The notes beneath the pieces are model-generated. The model had not been told where the DNA came from, ran no database searches, and saw only the letters and a list, made by a program, of their open reading frames with translations. This document shows, in pieces, positions 13,301 through 25,935 of a DNA stretch of 64,000 nt. Position 1 is the first letter of the stretch; every line of letters starts with the position of its first letter. Origin of the DNA: Balanoglossus misakiensis (taxonomy: Eukaryota > Animalia > Hemichordata); the NCBI GenBank assembly GCA_040954595.2, contig CM082582.2, positions 12,793,777-12,857,776 of the forward strand, read 5' to 3'. The position numbers were made by a program, and so were the translations under genes.

Positions 13301-16300
13301 CTCCCACACAACCCCCCCCCCCCCACCCCCGACATGTTTTTTCACGCCGCAACCTCTCGCAATCCCACAATTAGGAACGTTCCCACACAATTTTGTTCAC
13401 AATGAAAAGCTAACAATGCTATGACTACCTCGTCTGGAGGAGTAAATGGGACTTTTATTGGCGATAATTGCCATTGGGACATAGCACTTTACATTCCTTC
13501 AAACAATATGAACAAGGTGAAGCAGATTCCTCTCCCACAAATCAACACGACCCATATAGACGTAGAGATGACAAGTGAGGTATAAGCGCACTGTGTTACA
13601 CAGAACACTGTACAGCATTCTCGCTAGTCCACCAGGCAACTGTTGCCGTAAAGTTGTCGTAGGTAATTTGCGACGATGAATAGTATTACTGCACTACAAA
13701 CTACAATGGAAAGTGCCGTGAAACTGGAATGTGATTTTCAAAACGGTCTCGACTGACCTACTTACAGTGAGATACACATTTCACTTTGCCAAGCTATAAT
13801 CATTACGCGTCGTCACACGCTGCTGCTCTTTCTGAAGAGCGACCTCTCAATTTTTCACACGTAAGAGCGACGGATACGGACTGCTTGGTTACGGGTAATT
13901 ACTGTAAAGTGCTCGCACTCAATCGCACCGTCATGCAATGCTGGCTTCGATAAACTTCTGAAGAACAGTATGTATGCATCCAGTAGAGTAAATACTTTGT
14001 CAAATCACAACAGATATTCGTGTCCAGGATGTTTGTCCATTCTTTGTGTTTCGGGTGCTTGATTATCGGTATCAATAATATGTTGTCTTTATTAGTCACG
14101 CACATCTCTCATTATCTCCATGACAACCGAATGTAAACAAGGTAGCGGGAGTACAAACACGAAACCCGAGGAATGTAAAAGGAAAAAAGTGTCCAAACGG
14201 ATTAAACGTTGAATAGAAAGCAAAGACCCGCAAAGTGCAGAATCAAGAAACACAGACAAGTCAGTGACGGGCGGACAATAGATCTGATGTTGAGGCATGT
14301 TCAAGACAGGAATTTACAATGGTCTAAAATTTCACGGTAAACACACAACTGCGCAGCAATGACTAAACATGTGAAAGTTTGGCCTTTACATGTACAAAGA
14401 TAGGTCCCTATCAACTTTAACTGTATCGCAGTAACATATATGGTTACTGAACTGATAGATAACCAATGAAACACAATACAATGCAGTCAGGCGTAGACAA
14501 TGTATGTAAATAGACCATTTTCTTAACTCCACCAGACCCTACGAGATCTCGCGTGGCTACACAGTTTATATGGGAGGATGTAACACGTGACACAAGCCAT
14601 ACAACACATGCCCCATACGGCACAAAAGTTACAAATTTTGTACCTATTCTAGTTTTTTTCATACAAAGCTTGACTTGGCTGGCAACCCATTGCTACGGTG
14701 ATTAATCAAGTCTCGCGAGAACTCGCAATAAGCGGTATGCCAGTATCGTCTATTAGAGGTCACGTGGAGAGTAAAGAATGGTAATCTTTTGTCTTTCACT
14801 ACATTTCCATTTACAGGGCGGGACAAATTAGGGCCTGGGGGCCTATGTATCAGTTCGAGATAAAACTCCAAGTAACACTTCTACGATTTCCCGACATGTG
14901 GAATTCGAAACTCTCAGATATTTAACCGTATGGAATGACCGTCACGATTGATGACTTTACTTTTACTTTTTAGTTCCTCCTTCACAACATAACAGTTTGA
15001 CAAATAAATAGCGCAGAGCTGGGGAATTTTCGTTTCTGGTGACTGTGCCCTAGATAACATGTAAGAACGTGTATTGTTAGTCGCAATGTTCTGTTCTCTC
15101 CAGGATTTCACTACAGATATTTTCCCTTCACTGTCTATGCTATAGCACGTATCTATATACGATTGGGTCGACGTGACCTTCAATATTGGCCTCTGACTTA
15201 TCGATAATCGCAAGAATGCGGAAGGGGCGGGGAAGCTCGCGTGCCACTGACTACTTTACGAGCTACGTCATTAGAACGCATTCATTCACGATAACAACAC
15301 GAACTGTCACAATCGCGCTTCGAACAAGAACACTATTCAGTACGGGGTGTTAAGAGTTTAAAACTCCGTGAACAGGAGCAAAAAGACCAGAAAATAAAGG
15401 CCGTGAATAACAATATTTGTCATTGAATGCTGAATTTTCTCAGCATGAAGCATATCCTTGGTCCGTCTAATACTACCGTTGTCATTTTAGCGACCCGAAA
15501 CACTGATAAGAACTCCAATATAATTAGCCAGAGTAAACTGAGATTTTTATGCTGAAGTCAGCATCTGGTTACGTTCATTTTGATCATTAGAACTGATTAG
15601 AGCAGTTCTGTATCAACACACTCTGGGGGGTGTCCTGCTTCGAACATGTCTAAAACACATGTGTACACATTTGTAAAGAGATTTTACACAGTGTCAGTTT
15701 TGAAGCAGGATGCCCCCTGTGGTACATGTTGATACAGAGCTATGTAATCAGTTATAATGATCATTGCAAATGTAATCATATGCCGACTTCAGCATAGCAA
15801 TCTCAGTTTACTCTGGCTAATTATATTGGAGTTCTTATCAGTGTTTCGGGGTGCTAAAATGACAACGGTAGTAATCATGGTAATCGGGCTTAGTTCTTTG
15901 CCCGGGTTTTTCGATTGTCCAAGCCTCTTTATACAGCCTATGATTGTCCGTTGCTCATTCAGTCGACGCTCAATCGTGGTTTGAGGTCTCTAACTGCCAA
16001 GTTTAGACCATATTGAAACAAATGTAAAAGAACCCGGGGGCGCATCGGCCCAGAAAACCGCTATCAATTGGCTTTTAGCCAGGCTTTTAGCCAACAAAGT
16101 AAGCGAAAATATAAATGTCGTGCGACAATGACGGATATCTCGTAAAATCTTTCTGGAAGGACCATTCACGGTGACACTGCGTTGAGGACGGCGATTTTCG
16201 CCAAGCGCACAAAACCCTGAATACGTTTTATAGCGTAGACAAATGGTACTTAGTTCTTAGAGCGAGGAACAATTAAAGGGTAAACAGAGCCGAAGAATGG

Positions 16301-16608
16301 ATTCTTTTTTGTGCCATTGTATGTGTGTAGCACGATGAAAGGCAACGCCTGGTTCTTTATACAGAACTTTGCTTATATAATGCTATTGTACAGACTTGTC
16401 CAAGGCATAGCAGCGTACCATGGTATCTGCGGTGCGTTGTTAGCACACGCGTATAAAACATGAACGCTTCGCTTACATATCAGCTTGTTCAGTAAATGAT
16501 AGCAGCGGTACATACCTTTGCTCCCCTGCGCAATAGTTCATCTCCGACAGCTTTGCCGATTCCCCGTGCTGCGCCCGTGATGAGGGCGACACGACCGGCG
16601 ACCGACAT
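10341..16608 (-). CDS. HPGD: 15-hydroxyprostaglandin dehydrogenase-like classical SDR, 7 exons, ~262 aa
   Basis: Exons (minus) 16608-16516, 11804-11678, 11520-11414, 11232-11136, 10969-10893, 10739-10588, 10476-10341. Motifs: VALITGAARGIG (TGxxxGxG), VD (NAD preference), GQLDIVCNNA, GGNGGVVINTGSMAG, catalytic YCAAK, GVRVNVLC. Exon sizes of 93/107/97/77 nt match the HPGD-type structure as I recall it. It may be a paralog rather than the ortholog. Confidence 0.88.
15471..15873. mobile_element. ~400-bp foldback / MITE-like palindromic element in intron 1 of the SDR gene
   Basis: tactaccgttgtcattttagcgacccgaaacactgataagaactccaatataattagccagagtaaactgagatt (from 15471) is the near-perfect reverse complement of the segment ending at 15873. 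Inner arms (ctgtatcaaca/tgttgatacag, tcctgcttc/gaagcagga) continue the symmetry. TA at both ends, no coding capacity. Confidence 0.8.
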
Positions 16609-17323
16609 CGTTCAGCGGCGGCGTGCAGTAGAAATGATACCAAGAGATAGGCGATTGCACAGGCGGATGGACGTCCCTCACGGTTGCTTCCACACTGCCC
16701 AGTGTAAAAAATACTACGTGTAAATTGAAACTGTCTTCAATATGCAAATTTAAAGGCCAAGGGTCAAGTGGTGGGTAGGTTGATTATTGTGCGTAAGTTG
16801 CGTTGAAGATCAAATGGTGTTTCGACTTTAACATGCATGTAAGTGCCCGTACCAAGTGGTTTCATGCGGGTTTTAACTTACGTACTTAATAAAGCCCCAT
16901 GTTTTGTCAAGTGTATTTGTCTGCTCAGGTGGAAAGGATTTTAATGAAATGTTGAAGCCACAATTGAGCTGAACCAAATCAAACTGGTCTTTCCATCAGA
17001 ACACACTGTTCACGATTATCTGGTTAATTTCGACGCGTACATGTTCGTCAGAAACGAACAAGGTAACACGATCAAGCCTCGCGTGGTAATATTATTGTAA
17101 CCTACGGGGATTTGACCTACGACACCGTGGTTTCAACCACGGTTTTCAACAAATCAACTTTCAGGATTCTATTACGCCCAGAACGCACCTCCTACGCATG
17201 CAGTGGATTTTATTCTTTGGATTTCCACAGTGTCCGTTGTTTCTCGTGGTGTACGTTCGACTCAGCTAAAACATATTTTTTCCGCGAAGACTGCATGTGC
17301 TTTAAGGCAGCCCACTGAATGAC

Positions 17324-17894
17324 GGAAATAGTAATGGGACTCAGTCTACTATGACGTCACATATCCAAAGCTTCGATATGCTAATACCTACGGTTACTCG
17401 ATGGAAATTGTAATGGGACTCAGTCTACTATAGATGGTATGCTATATTTGCATTTGAGCTCCGCCCACTGATTGACGTCACATATCCAAAGCTTCGATAT
17501 GCTAATACCTACGGTTACTCGATGTAAATAGTAATGGGACTCAGTCTACTATAGATGGTACGCTATATTTGCATTTGAGCTCCGCCCACTGATTGACGTC
17601 ACATATTAAAAGCTTCCATATGCTAATACCTACGGTTACTCGATGGAAATAGTAATGGGACTCAGTCTACTATAGATGGTACGCTATATTTGCATTTGAG
17701 CTCCGCCCACTGATTGACGTCACATATTAAAAGCTTCCATATGCTAATACCTACGGTTACTCGATGGAAATAGTAATGGACCTCAGTCTACTATAGATGG
17801 TACGCTATATTTGCATTTGAGCTCCGCCCACTGATTGACGTCACATATTAAAAGCTTCCATATGCTAATACCTACGGTTACTCGATGGAAATAG
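17324..17894. repeat. Tandem array of a 121-bp unit (4 full copies plus a deleted first copy and a short tail)
   Basis: Unit atggaaatagtaatgggactcagtctactatagatggtacgctatatttgcatttgagctccgcccactgattgacgtcacatattaaaagcttccatatgctaatacctacggttactcg starts at 17401, 17522, 17643 and 17764 with only a few substitutions. Confidence 0.97.
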
Positions 17895-20237
17895 TGGATG
17901 ACACTGCAAGTTGCAATTTATGTTGTTGAAAAATATCTAATTTGCTCCATTCCTTACTATCAATCACGTGATATGGCAATGTGACCCACGGCGTTGTCAT
18001 TTCCAGGTGACGGGCAAGCAATATTTCGGCATCCAGTAAAAGTTTTTCCTAGTATGTTTTTTACTTAAGAACCGCATGATTGTTGCTAAAGTTGCCCACC
18101 ATCTGGAAATTAAAATGTCAACGTACCTGCGCCTGGGCGCGTCTGACGTCATTAGATATCGAAAAACAATCACTGAAAGTCATTTATAATATAGGAATCT
18201 GTTTCTTGTTTAAATACAGTGAAAAGATGTCGTTCAAATATGTCACGGGTAAGTATTTCCCCAGACCCCCAGGCCGTACATTATACGAGGCAGAACAAAA
18301 GAATTGTAAACCAATACAAGTGTGACAAGTGGTTCTACATGGCGCAATTTCAAAAACACACATTACTAATATTCATTTGAAGAAGAACAACGTGATCAAC
18401 AAAAGATGCACAATCTACTTGATCTAGTATTTCGTCCTTCACTCGGAGTGACCCATTAATTGCAATGCATACTGATCGTTGTACTATACAAGTATTCCTA
18501 TGGTCGATGGAAAATAACTGCGGACTTCAAGGTGCTCGACGGAAAGCTATATTTGCAAAGCAAAATCACGTTCCTTTTGCTCGCTTCCAGCACAGTTACT
18601 CCAGGGCTGGAGTGACCAAGACTCTCTTACAGCCCCACGGTTCGCCACGCCACAAGGCTCTTCACTGACGCGCCCTCAACCGTTTAGCAAAGGAGAAGCA
18701 TCATATGGCGCACATTCAACCAGATAAATTCTGCGTAGGCGGTGAGAGCGTTTTCGATATGTCGAGATGATTTCTTGAAACTGTAAGATGATTTCATTAT
18801 CGAAATAACCGAGACAAGTTATTCTATATCTAGCTTTGGTAAAGATTACCATGTGCGTGCGTCATCGATCTTATATAGTTGTACATGTACATTTACAAAA
18901 TCCTGCGTGGGATTTCTCCTTCTCCGCAGCGGAAACTCATTTTCATTATAGTAAATGGATGAGAGTGCGTATACTGACGTCAATAGTTAAATCGTTGTCT
19001 TGGAAGGAGCGAGTGAAGATGATGTCGCTCGACAGATAGGAGATAAAGAGACAGAGAATGGCAAGAGAAGAAGGCATTGACGTTCCAGTTATATGTTGTG
19101 ACTGGCAAATAAAAACGATAGCAGATGCAGAATTAACTGAATGAAATTTCTTTGATACGTGGTTGTAATCGCAGCAAAATTTTTAGTTATAATTTCTATT
19201 TCATAATTATTTAGAATTCAAGTTTTAAACCGACGAGATTGCTTACAATAACCTATACAAATTAACTTGTAAGAACGTTACGGGAAACACACTTGGGATT
19301 TCGCTGTCTACAAGGAGGGGAGCTACGCGCAACCCTAGGAAGACTCGTTCGCCTAGGTTTCGCACCTGGTGTCCAATTAATTAACATAGGAACTGACCAA
19401 TCAAAAACGGTCTTACGAGACCTCTCATTTGACATGACCGCGGGACTGTGTGTGTGGACAAATTTTAACCACAGCTCGTGATGCCAGCGTAAGTTTTGAA
19501 GAAGTATTTCCTGCGCTTACCTGAAAATGACCCGCCACCATGAAGACTTGAAAGGGACGCCCAGTGCTGTTGGAGTTCTCTGCAGTATAGAACATGTAGA
19601 ATGTACGCTACAAAGCGCTAACAAGGCTGTAAGAAGTGAACACTTGTCGCACGTGTACCGTGGTACTTGTGGTATAAATGTTAGGCGACGTGGGCACCAA
19701 GAGCGCCCCCACAGCTGAAACTTTCAGTGTAGCCACCCAGCATCATATTCCTTTCAAATCATTTTGAACGGGGTGTTCTGCGCAGACTCTGCTCTTATTT
19801 GTTTGCCACGAACCACAACTATTGCACTCATCAAATTCAAACAGTAGTACATGAAAAAAGCGAGATACACAAGTTGTTGCAAATGACTTTATTTTTATTC
19901 ACCGACTTGAGCCAAGTCTAAATTCAAGGGCACATATCAACCAAACCCTTGGTTATTACGTACTAGTGTCTGCGCTGCATTTCGAAAATCAACTTCTACC
20001 AAGAATTTGTGCCTTTGCCAAAAGTTGATAAATATCAAAATAAGGCATACACTATTTTTATTGTACCAATGGGTTCAGCTGAAGTAATTACGTGGAAACT
20101 TCTTAATATCTATAATTTCTATGTTACTAATTTTGTCGATGATCGAATGAGGGGAAAACCTAATCTACACTTGTCGATAATCTCAATGCGGATAACAATT
20201 CCAGTACTTAAAAAAAAACAAAGTATGGTGGATCCAA

Positions 20238-21062
20238 TCAACACAGGTCGACGGGGGCCGCGTTTGTGCAGCCGGAGCCTTGTGCTGAGCAATTGGCTTC
20301 GTCACTGTGATCCAGGCAGTCACATTTACCATCGCACCTGCGGCAGGGATCCATACACATCTTATCGTCACACTGAAAGTAGTCAAGTCCCTTAGAGATG
20401 TAGTCACTGTCACAGATCGCTGCGAAAGAATAAAACAACAACAATGCATCAAAGAAGCGAGGGAACTACCACAAGCAAATAGACGTGATATTTTCCCACA
20501 CTTGACGATTTTATCGCTATCGATTATATCGATGTCTGTCTGTCTGCGTATCTGCCTGTCTCTGTGTCTATGTATCTGTCTGAATGTTTGCTATCATGTC
20601 TATTCCAAGCGGCATTTACCTTGTTGAGCATCTTCTCCACAGTCCTCATCACTGCCGTCCCCACAGTCAGCAATTCCATCACAATAGTATCTCTGCATTA
20701 TGCACGGATCCCCGCCGCTGGGATCAACACAGTCAAACTTGACGTTGTCAGGTAAGTTGGCGCACTGATCAGCGGCTAATTCATGAAATTAAGGGGAAAT
20801 AGGCTGAGTTAGTAATTATGGATTAGGGCCTACTCATGCGAGTTTCAATCAGCTCATTTACCAACAGAATTTCCTCTACCCGCGAGAAAACCTGTCGTAT
20901 TTACAAGGACTACATAATGTACCAGGCCTGTGAAGTCAGCCATCCCGTATTATACTAATGTGTGGCGTTCTGTTACACGCTGAAACACCGATACTTACTA
21001 AATGCCTTGCAAAGGGCTACCATGGCAACCAAAACAACCAGGCCGAATAGTTGACGGACCAT
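20238..21062 (-). CDS. Small secreted protein, signal peptide plus two LDL-receptor class A modules (copy 1), 133 aa
   Basis: Exons 21062-20999 (MVRQLFGLVVLVAMVALCKAF, signal peptide), 20775-20620 (CANLPDNVKFDCVDPSGGDPCIMQRYYCDGIADCGDGSDEDC) and 20419-20238 (CDSDYISKGLDYFQCDDKMCMDPCRRCDGKCDCLDHSDEANC...VDLC stop). Phase-1 introns are typical of LDLa modules. A likely 5'-UTR exon ends at 22089. Confidence 0.88.
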
Positions 21063-22188
21063 GATGACGATTCTGTAAATTCAGCAAAAGGCAAATAATT
21101 TTCTGAATTACAAAAGTTCATTGAATATGCAAATAAGCATGTTTGGCATGAAATGCAGTACATTACGTGCAGAAACTGAGATCTGCAAAGTGTTGTTAAA
21201 TCGCGTACGTTACACGTAAAGACATGTAATTTGTATGTTTTCGTCGTCATTTAAATTCGAACCAGACTAGCATTCATTACAGGTTAGTTTCCTACATTTT
21301 GAGTTTCATATCGTTTTGTCTCACTTGTCAAAATGATTGAGCCTTGTCAAATAAAACCCCAGATGTTATTATATGTAAACAGATTTGCTTTTGTTAATCC
21401 CAGCCGCATGTTGTGCCTAATAAAGGGCATCAAATACACATCTGTTTACATGCCGCAAATATATTTCAATTGTAATATGGTGGCACATTGAGATCAACTG
21501 GTGGTGATTTAAAATAACACTTTCATTTTGTAAAATTTGTCCAACACACTGTTGAAGAACCAAGGCTTCGACCAAATCATAATCAGTGACGTCATGGGTT
21601 GGCGTTCATCGCTAACTGCGCATGCCCTTAATGCGTATAGTAATCGATAGTACCAGTTGAGTGTGATTCACAACTGTTTATTTATATTTTTTGGGTGTGG
21701 GCCCAATATACAAACAGGAAAAATGTTATTTTTATTGGTTGATCATACAATATCGATCGCCTCTCTTGCTAAAGCTACTACCGCTGCCGGAATCCCCACT
21801 GAAGAATAATATTGTCGTTATAAATCATCAGGCATTGTATCTTTAAAATAAAAATTAAGTTTTTAGAATATATGGATGTTGAATGTCGTTTGAATCTTAT
21901 TTTCCAAATGTTTTTATATTCGGTACATTCTTCTGTGATCATTGCGGTACACAATATAACCCCAAAAAGAATTAAGGTGGATTGGTGAATGTTTAAAGTA
22001 CATCCTTAACCAAGTCCTTCCTGCCTTCTTGCTAAAACCCACCAAAATAGTAATTTCTTGAAACTGGAAAATGGATGGAAATACTCACCAAATGTACAAG
22101 TCTGGTAACTGATGTGGCGTAGTATTGGCACTTCGGCTCAGGTGGATTTCCCAACAGGTCAGTGATGAAGATAGCGAACACGCCTTCC

Positions 22189-22238
22189 TTTTATGCCGTT
22201 AAACTATTATCACGTGACTAATGTTAATTTTGTACCAA
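22189..22238 (-). promoter_or_regulatory. Conserved core promoter of LDLa copy 1 (CATAAAA TATA-like box plus E-box GTCACGTGA)
   Basis: ttttatgcc, then 12 nt, then tcacgtgac, then taattttgtaccaa. The same order and the same TATA-to-E-box spacing recur upstream of copy 2. Confidence 0.6.
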
Positions 22239-23686
22239 TTGATCCGAGTATTTTCATTGGTTTAGTTATTGTACAAAGGGCATAAAAAGACGTTTTTAGA
22301 AGTGAGATAAGGGCATATACATATGTGAAATGGAGACCCTTTTTGTCACGATCTGTTAGTGACCCCACCCCACCTCCGGCTCGATTGACAGGTTAGACAT
22401 TTGCTTTTAACTGGGAATAAAATAATTTAATTTTGTGTTCAATTTGGAATTGCTTCATTCAGAAATTTGTAGCAGTTGAGTATTGAGAGCAATTGAAAGT
22501 TGACTCTGTGGTTTTCGGCTCCTGAAATGCTTTGTTGATGGCGAGTCTGGCCGCTTGCCTATGTTCACTTGTCTGATATTGATTTGACTAACCACGACAA
22601 GTTTTTTTCCTTTTTACACCAGTACAACTACAGATGTGTTGACCCCACCCGTATCAAAGGCAACAGCTGTATAATTTTCACTTTTTACACTTCGTGTGGC
22701 ATCATCTCATTTTGTCCGTATTTAAATTGTTCACGTCTAAAATTAGGCAGATACACATTTCACCGGAAATTCAATTAAGACATATGAGCATTGTGTAAAT
22801 GAATGTGTTGCTAGGGACCTGTGATAAATCAATTTGGGCATGTCTGAACAAAGTTCTGTTAAAGGTGCCCTAAGGACAGAGCATACTGACCCAAATAGGA
22901 CACGTCTATTTATTTTGGGAATACGATCCAATGATTAGTCATTATAGTTTTACCCGTCTCTCTCTCCCCTCCCCCCTTCCGAGTAAGACAGCTTACGGAA
23001 CTCGCCATGCAACCATTTACAGACACATGACGGGGTTACACAGTCGACAAGCGATAGGGAAAACGTTGGACAAAACAGATGTACAAAAATTCTACTTACA
23101 GAAATTCGTTTCCGTCATCCAGAAGAGATGCGACACCCCATCATGTAGTTTCAACGGGAGAGAAGGCCTCCAAATTCGCCATTTCAACCGCAGAGCCATC
23201 ACGACTGAGCAGTGTGTTCGTGAGGCAATGAACGTTCGACGTGGCAATGCTTGCATGATCTTTGAGTGGGAATCTTTTTTGTCTAAGACGACAGGTGTAA
23301 CGGAAAAATCGCGCGAGATAAGCTTTAGCAAACAGGTGTTGACAACACCAAATGCAAATGGACCAATAGAGAGGGGGGGGGGCATTGTGTTCTATGAATT
23401 ATTTTAATATATTTAAATATTGTACAGGTGGGACAAATAATATGATTTTACGGAAAGTATTTTTCAAAGACGAGAAAAGTAAAGTGTAGATCCAAAGTTT
23501 TATTTCCAACGGTCTTAACATCACTCGAGATAAATTTATTTTCTGCTTCACGAAATATTCACTTGTGCTTTCAAATCCGAACGTCCAAAAAATCTACTCT
23601 ACGTGAATGTTTCGAAAACCTCTCAATGCAATTGCGCGAGAGTTCTAACTCTAGCTATATAATAGGAAAAAATATGGTGGATTGAA

Positions 23687-24362
23687 TCAACACAGGTCGA
23701 CGGGGGCCGCGTTTGGGCAACCGGAGCCTTGTGCTGAGCAATTGGCTTCGTCACTGTGATCCAGGCAGTCACATTTACCATCGCATCTGCGGCAGGGATC
23801 CATACACATCTTATCGTCACACTGAAAGTAGTCAAGTCCCTTAGAGATGAAGTCTCTCTGACAGACCGCTGTGAAAGAGAAAAAACCCCACAAAATATGC
23901 GTCAAAGAAACGAAGGAATCGCTATCTATCTATCTATCTGTGTCTATGTTTCTATCTGAGTGTTTGCGATCATGTCTATTCCAAGCGGCATTTACCTTGT
24001 TGAGCATCTTCTCCACAAGCCTCATCGCTGCCATCCCCACAGTCAGCAATTCCATCACAAAAGTATCTCCGCATTATGCAGGGATCCCCGCCTCTGGGAT
24101 CAACGCAGTCAAACTTTACGCTGTCAGGGAATGAGGCGCACTCCTCAGCGGCTAGTTTATGAAATTAAGGGGAGAGATACCGTTGAGATAGTAATTCTGC
24201 CATTACACATCTGAGTTGGCACCGTTTAAATTTCCAGTCATATAGTAATAAATTATTTGATATAATGAAACCCGGAACTCGTCCAAGATATTACTTACTA
24301 AATGCGCTGCAAACAGCTGCCATGGCAACCAAGACGACCAAGCCGAAAAGTTGACGAACCAT
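23687..24362 (-). CDS. Small secreted protein, signal peptide plus two LDL-receptor class A modules (copy 2), 133 aa
   Basis: Exons 24362-24299 (MVRQLFGLVVLVAMAAVCSAF), 24151-23996 (CASFPDSVKFDCVDPRGGDPCIMRRYFCDGIADCGDGSDEAC) and 23868-23687. Exon sizes (64/156/182) are identical to copy 1. A likely 5'-UTR exon ends at 25766. Confidence 0.88.
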
Positions 24363-25885
24363 GATTACGATTCTGAAAAAAAAAATGTTTGTCTTAATAA
24401 AAATGATGCACTTTTTATTTTAATACCAAGCAGGTGATACATTCTTGAGTTGATCTTGAATTTTTTTGTCGCTATTGGTATAATGGAAATAAGAGGTGTC
24501 TGTAAACCTGTGCTCTAAATTCTGGTAAATGAATGAAAATATACCATCAAAATGTAATTGTGATACACAGCATGGGAAATGGAAACCTAGCGGTCTAGGA
24601 CTCAGCGCACATGCGTTGGAGAAAATAAACATGTATTATTTCTTTTACTAAACATGTCAAATTAATCTCAATTTAACACATGATTGGAGCATTGCAGGCT
24701 AATAACTATCACGTAAAGACACGCTGCAGTTTGTGTGTTTTGTCATTATGTTCATTTTAATTCAATACCGATCAGAGTTTATACTTAGAACGTTGTACTA
24801 CTTGTCTCATTCGGCAAAAATGGTCGAGCAGAATGTGATTATGAGTTGATAATTGTTAATCCCCGCCACATCACCACATGTTGTTTGTTGCTAATAAAGG
24901 AAATAAATTTAGGCTGCAAATATATTTGAATGTTAAACTATTAATTCGGTAACACGTTGAGCTGGACTGGTGGAGATACGATAAAAAATGCTTCTATACT
25001 TCTTTGTGTATGGCGAGGCTATGGCTAGCTTTGGGCGAGTTTCTGGTACTGAGCTGAGTTTCGAATTCGCGTTTCCGTTAACGTCCACTGCACACATATA
25101 CAATGATTGATTAGCAGCTGAAATGCGCGACAGAAATGAGATATTTAAATCAACGAGGTGGATCCCATTAAAGCAAGGTTGTGTCACAGGTGGGACTCGC
25201 TTGTAACACATTTCGATGAGACGCAGAGCGTTTGCCTTTCGTGTTGACGAGGTCGATAACCTCGACAATTTGTCAATAGTGAAATGTTAATATGTTTAAT
25301 TTGCGGATGTCAAGTTTTTGGGGGGTAGGGGACGTTAAAGAACATAACGGGGGGGGGCAGACAATAGAACCCTAAGAATCTACAGACAGACCCTGGTTAC
25401 CGTTGCGAAAAGAAAGAAGTTGATCCCCCGAGTATGGGCTGGTACATCAACTGGTTTTGTACAATATTTATATACTTCATCCTGCCCAAACTACTACTAG
25501 CTACCATTTCTGAATTTCATCCGTGCGTTTGTATTCTTACAGTATGTATGTGAACTTGTTGACATAAGAAATTCTCAAAATGCAGTCAAACACTTACTTT
25601 GACGCTACTTCATCACAAAAGAAACCGATTAAAGATTAAACTCACGGATCAGTGTGGCTGATCAACCTTCTTTACTAGAACCCTTACCCATTCCCTCTCG
25701 GTCTGCAAACCAACACTCAAAAAAGTTGCACTTTCTTAAAAAAGTGAAACATAATATACACTCACCAGAGATAGTTAGCGTTAGCGTTAACGTGACTGTT
25801 GGCACTGCGAATGGCTAGCTGTCAACGGGTACCGGCACTTTCGTTCAAGTGGTTTGGTGTGGTGGAGAAAGCCAATGTCAAGCTC

Positions 25886-25935
25886 TTTTTATGCCATTAT
25901 ACGAGCGTCACGTGACCCAAGATAATTTGTGCCAA
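25886..25935 (-). promoter_or_regulatory. Conserved core promoter of LDLa copy 2 (CATAAAA plus palindromic GTCACGTGAC)
   Basis: tttttatgcc at 25886-25895, gtcacgtgac at 25907-25916 and taatttgtgccaa after it. Matches the copy 1 arrangement although the flanks have diverged. Confidence 0.6.

Noticed and set aside
17324-17894. CRISPR-like array
   Set aside because: The units repeat in full with no unique spacers, there are no cas genes, and the context is eukaryotic.
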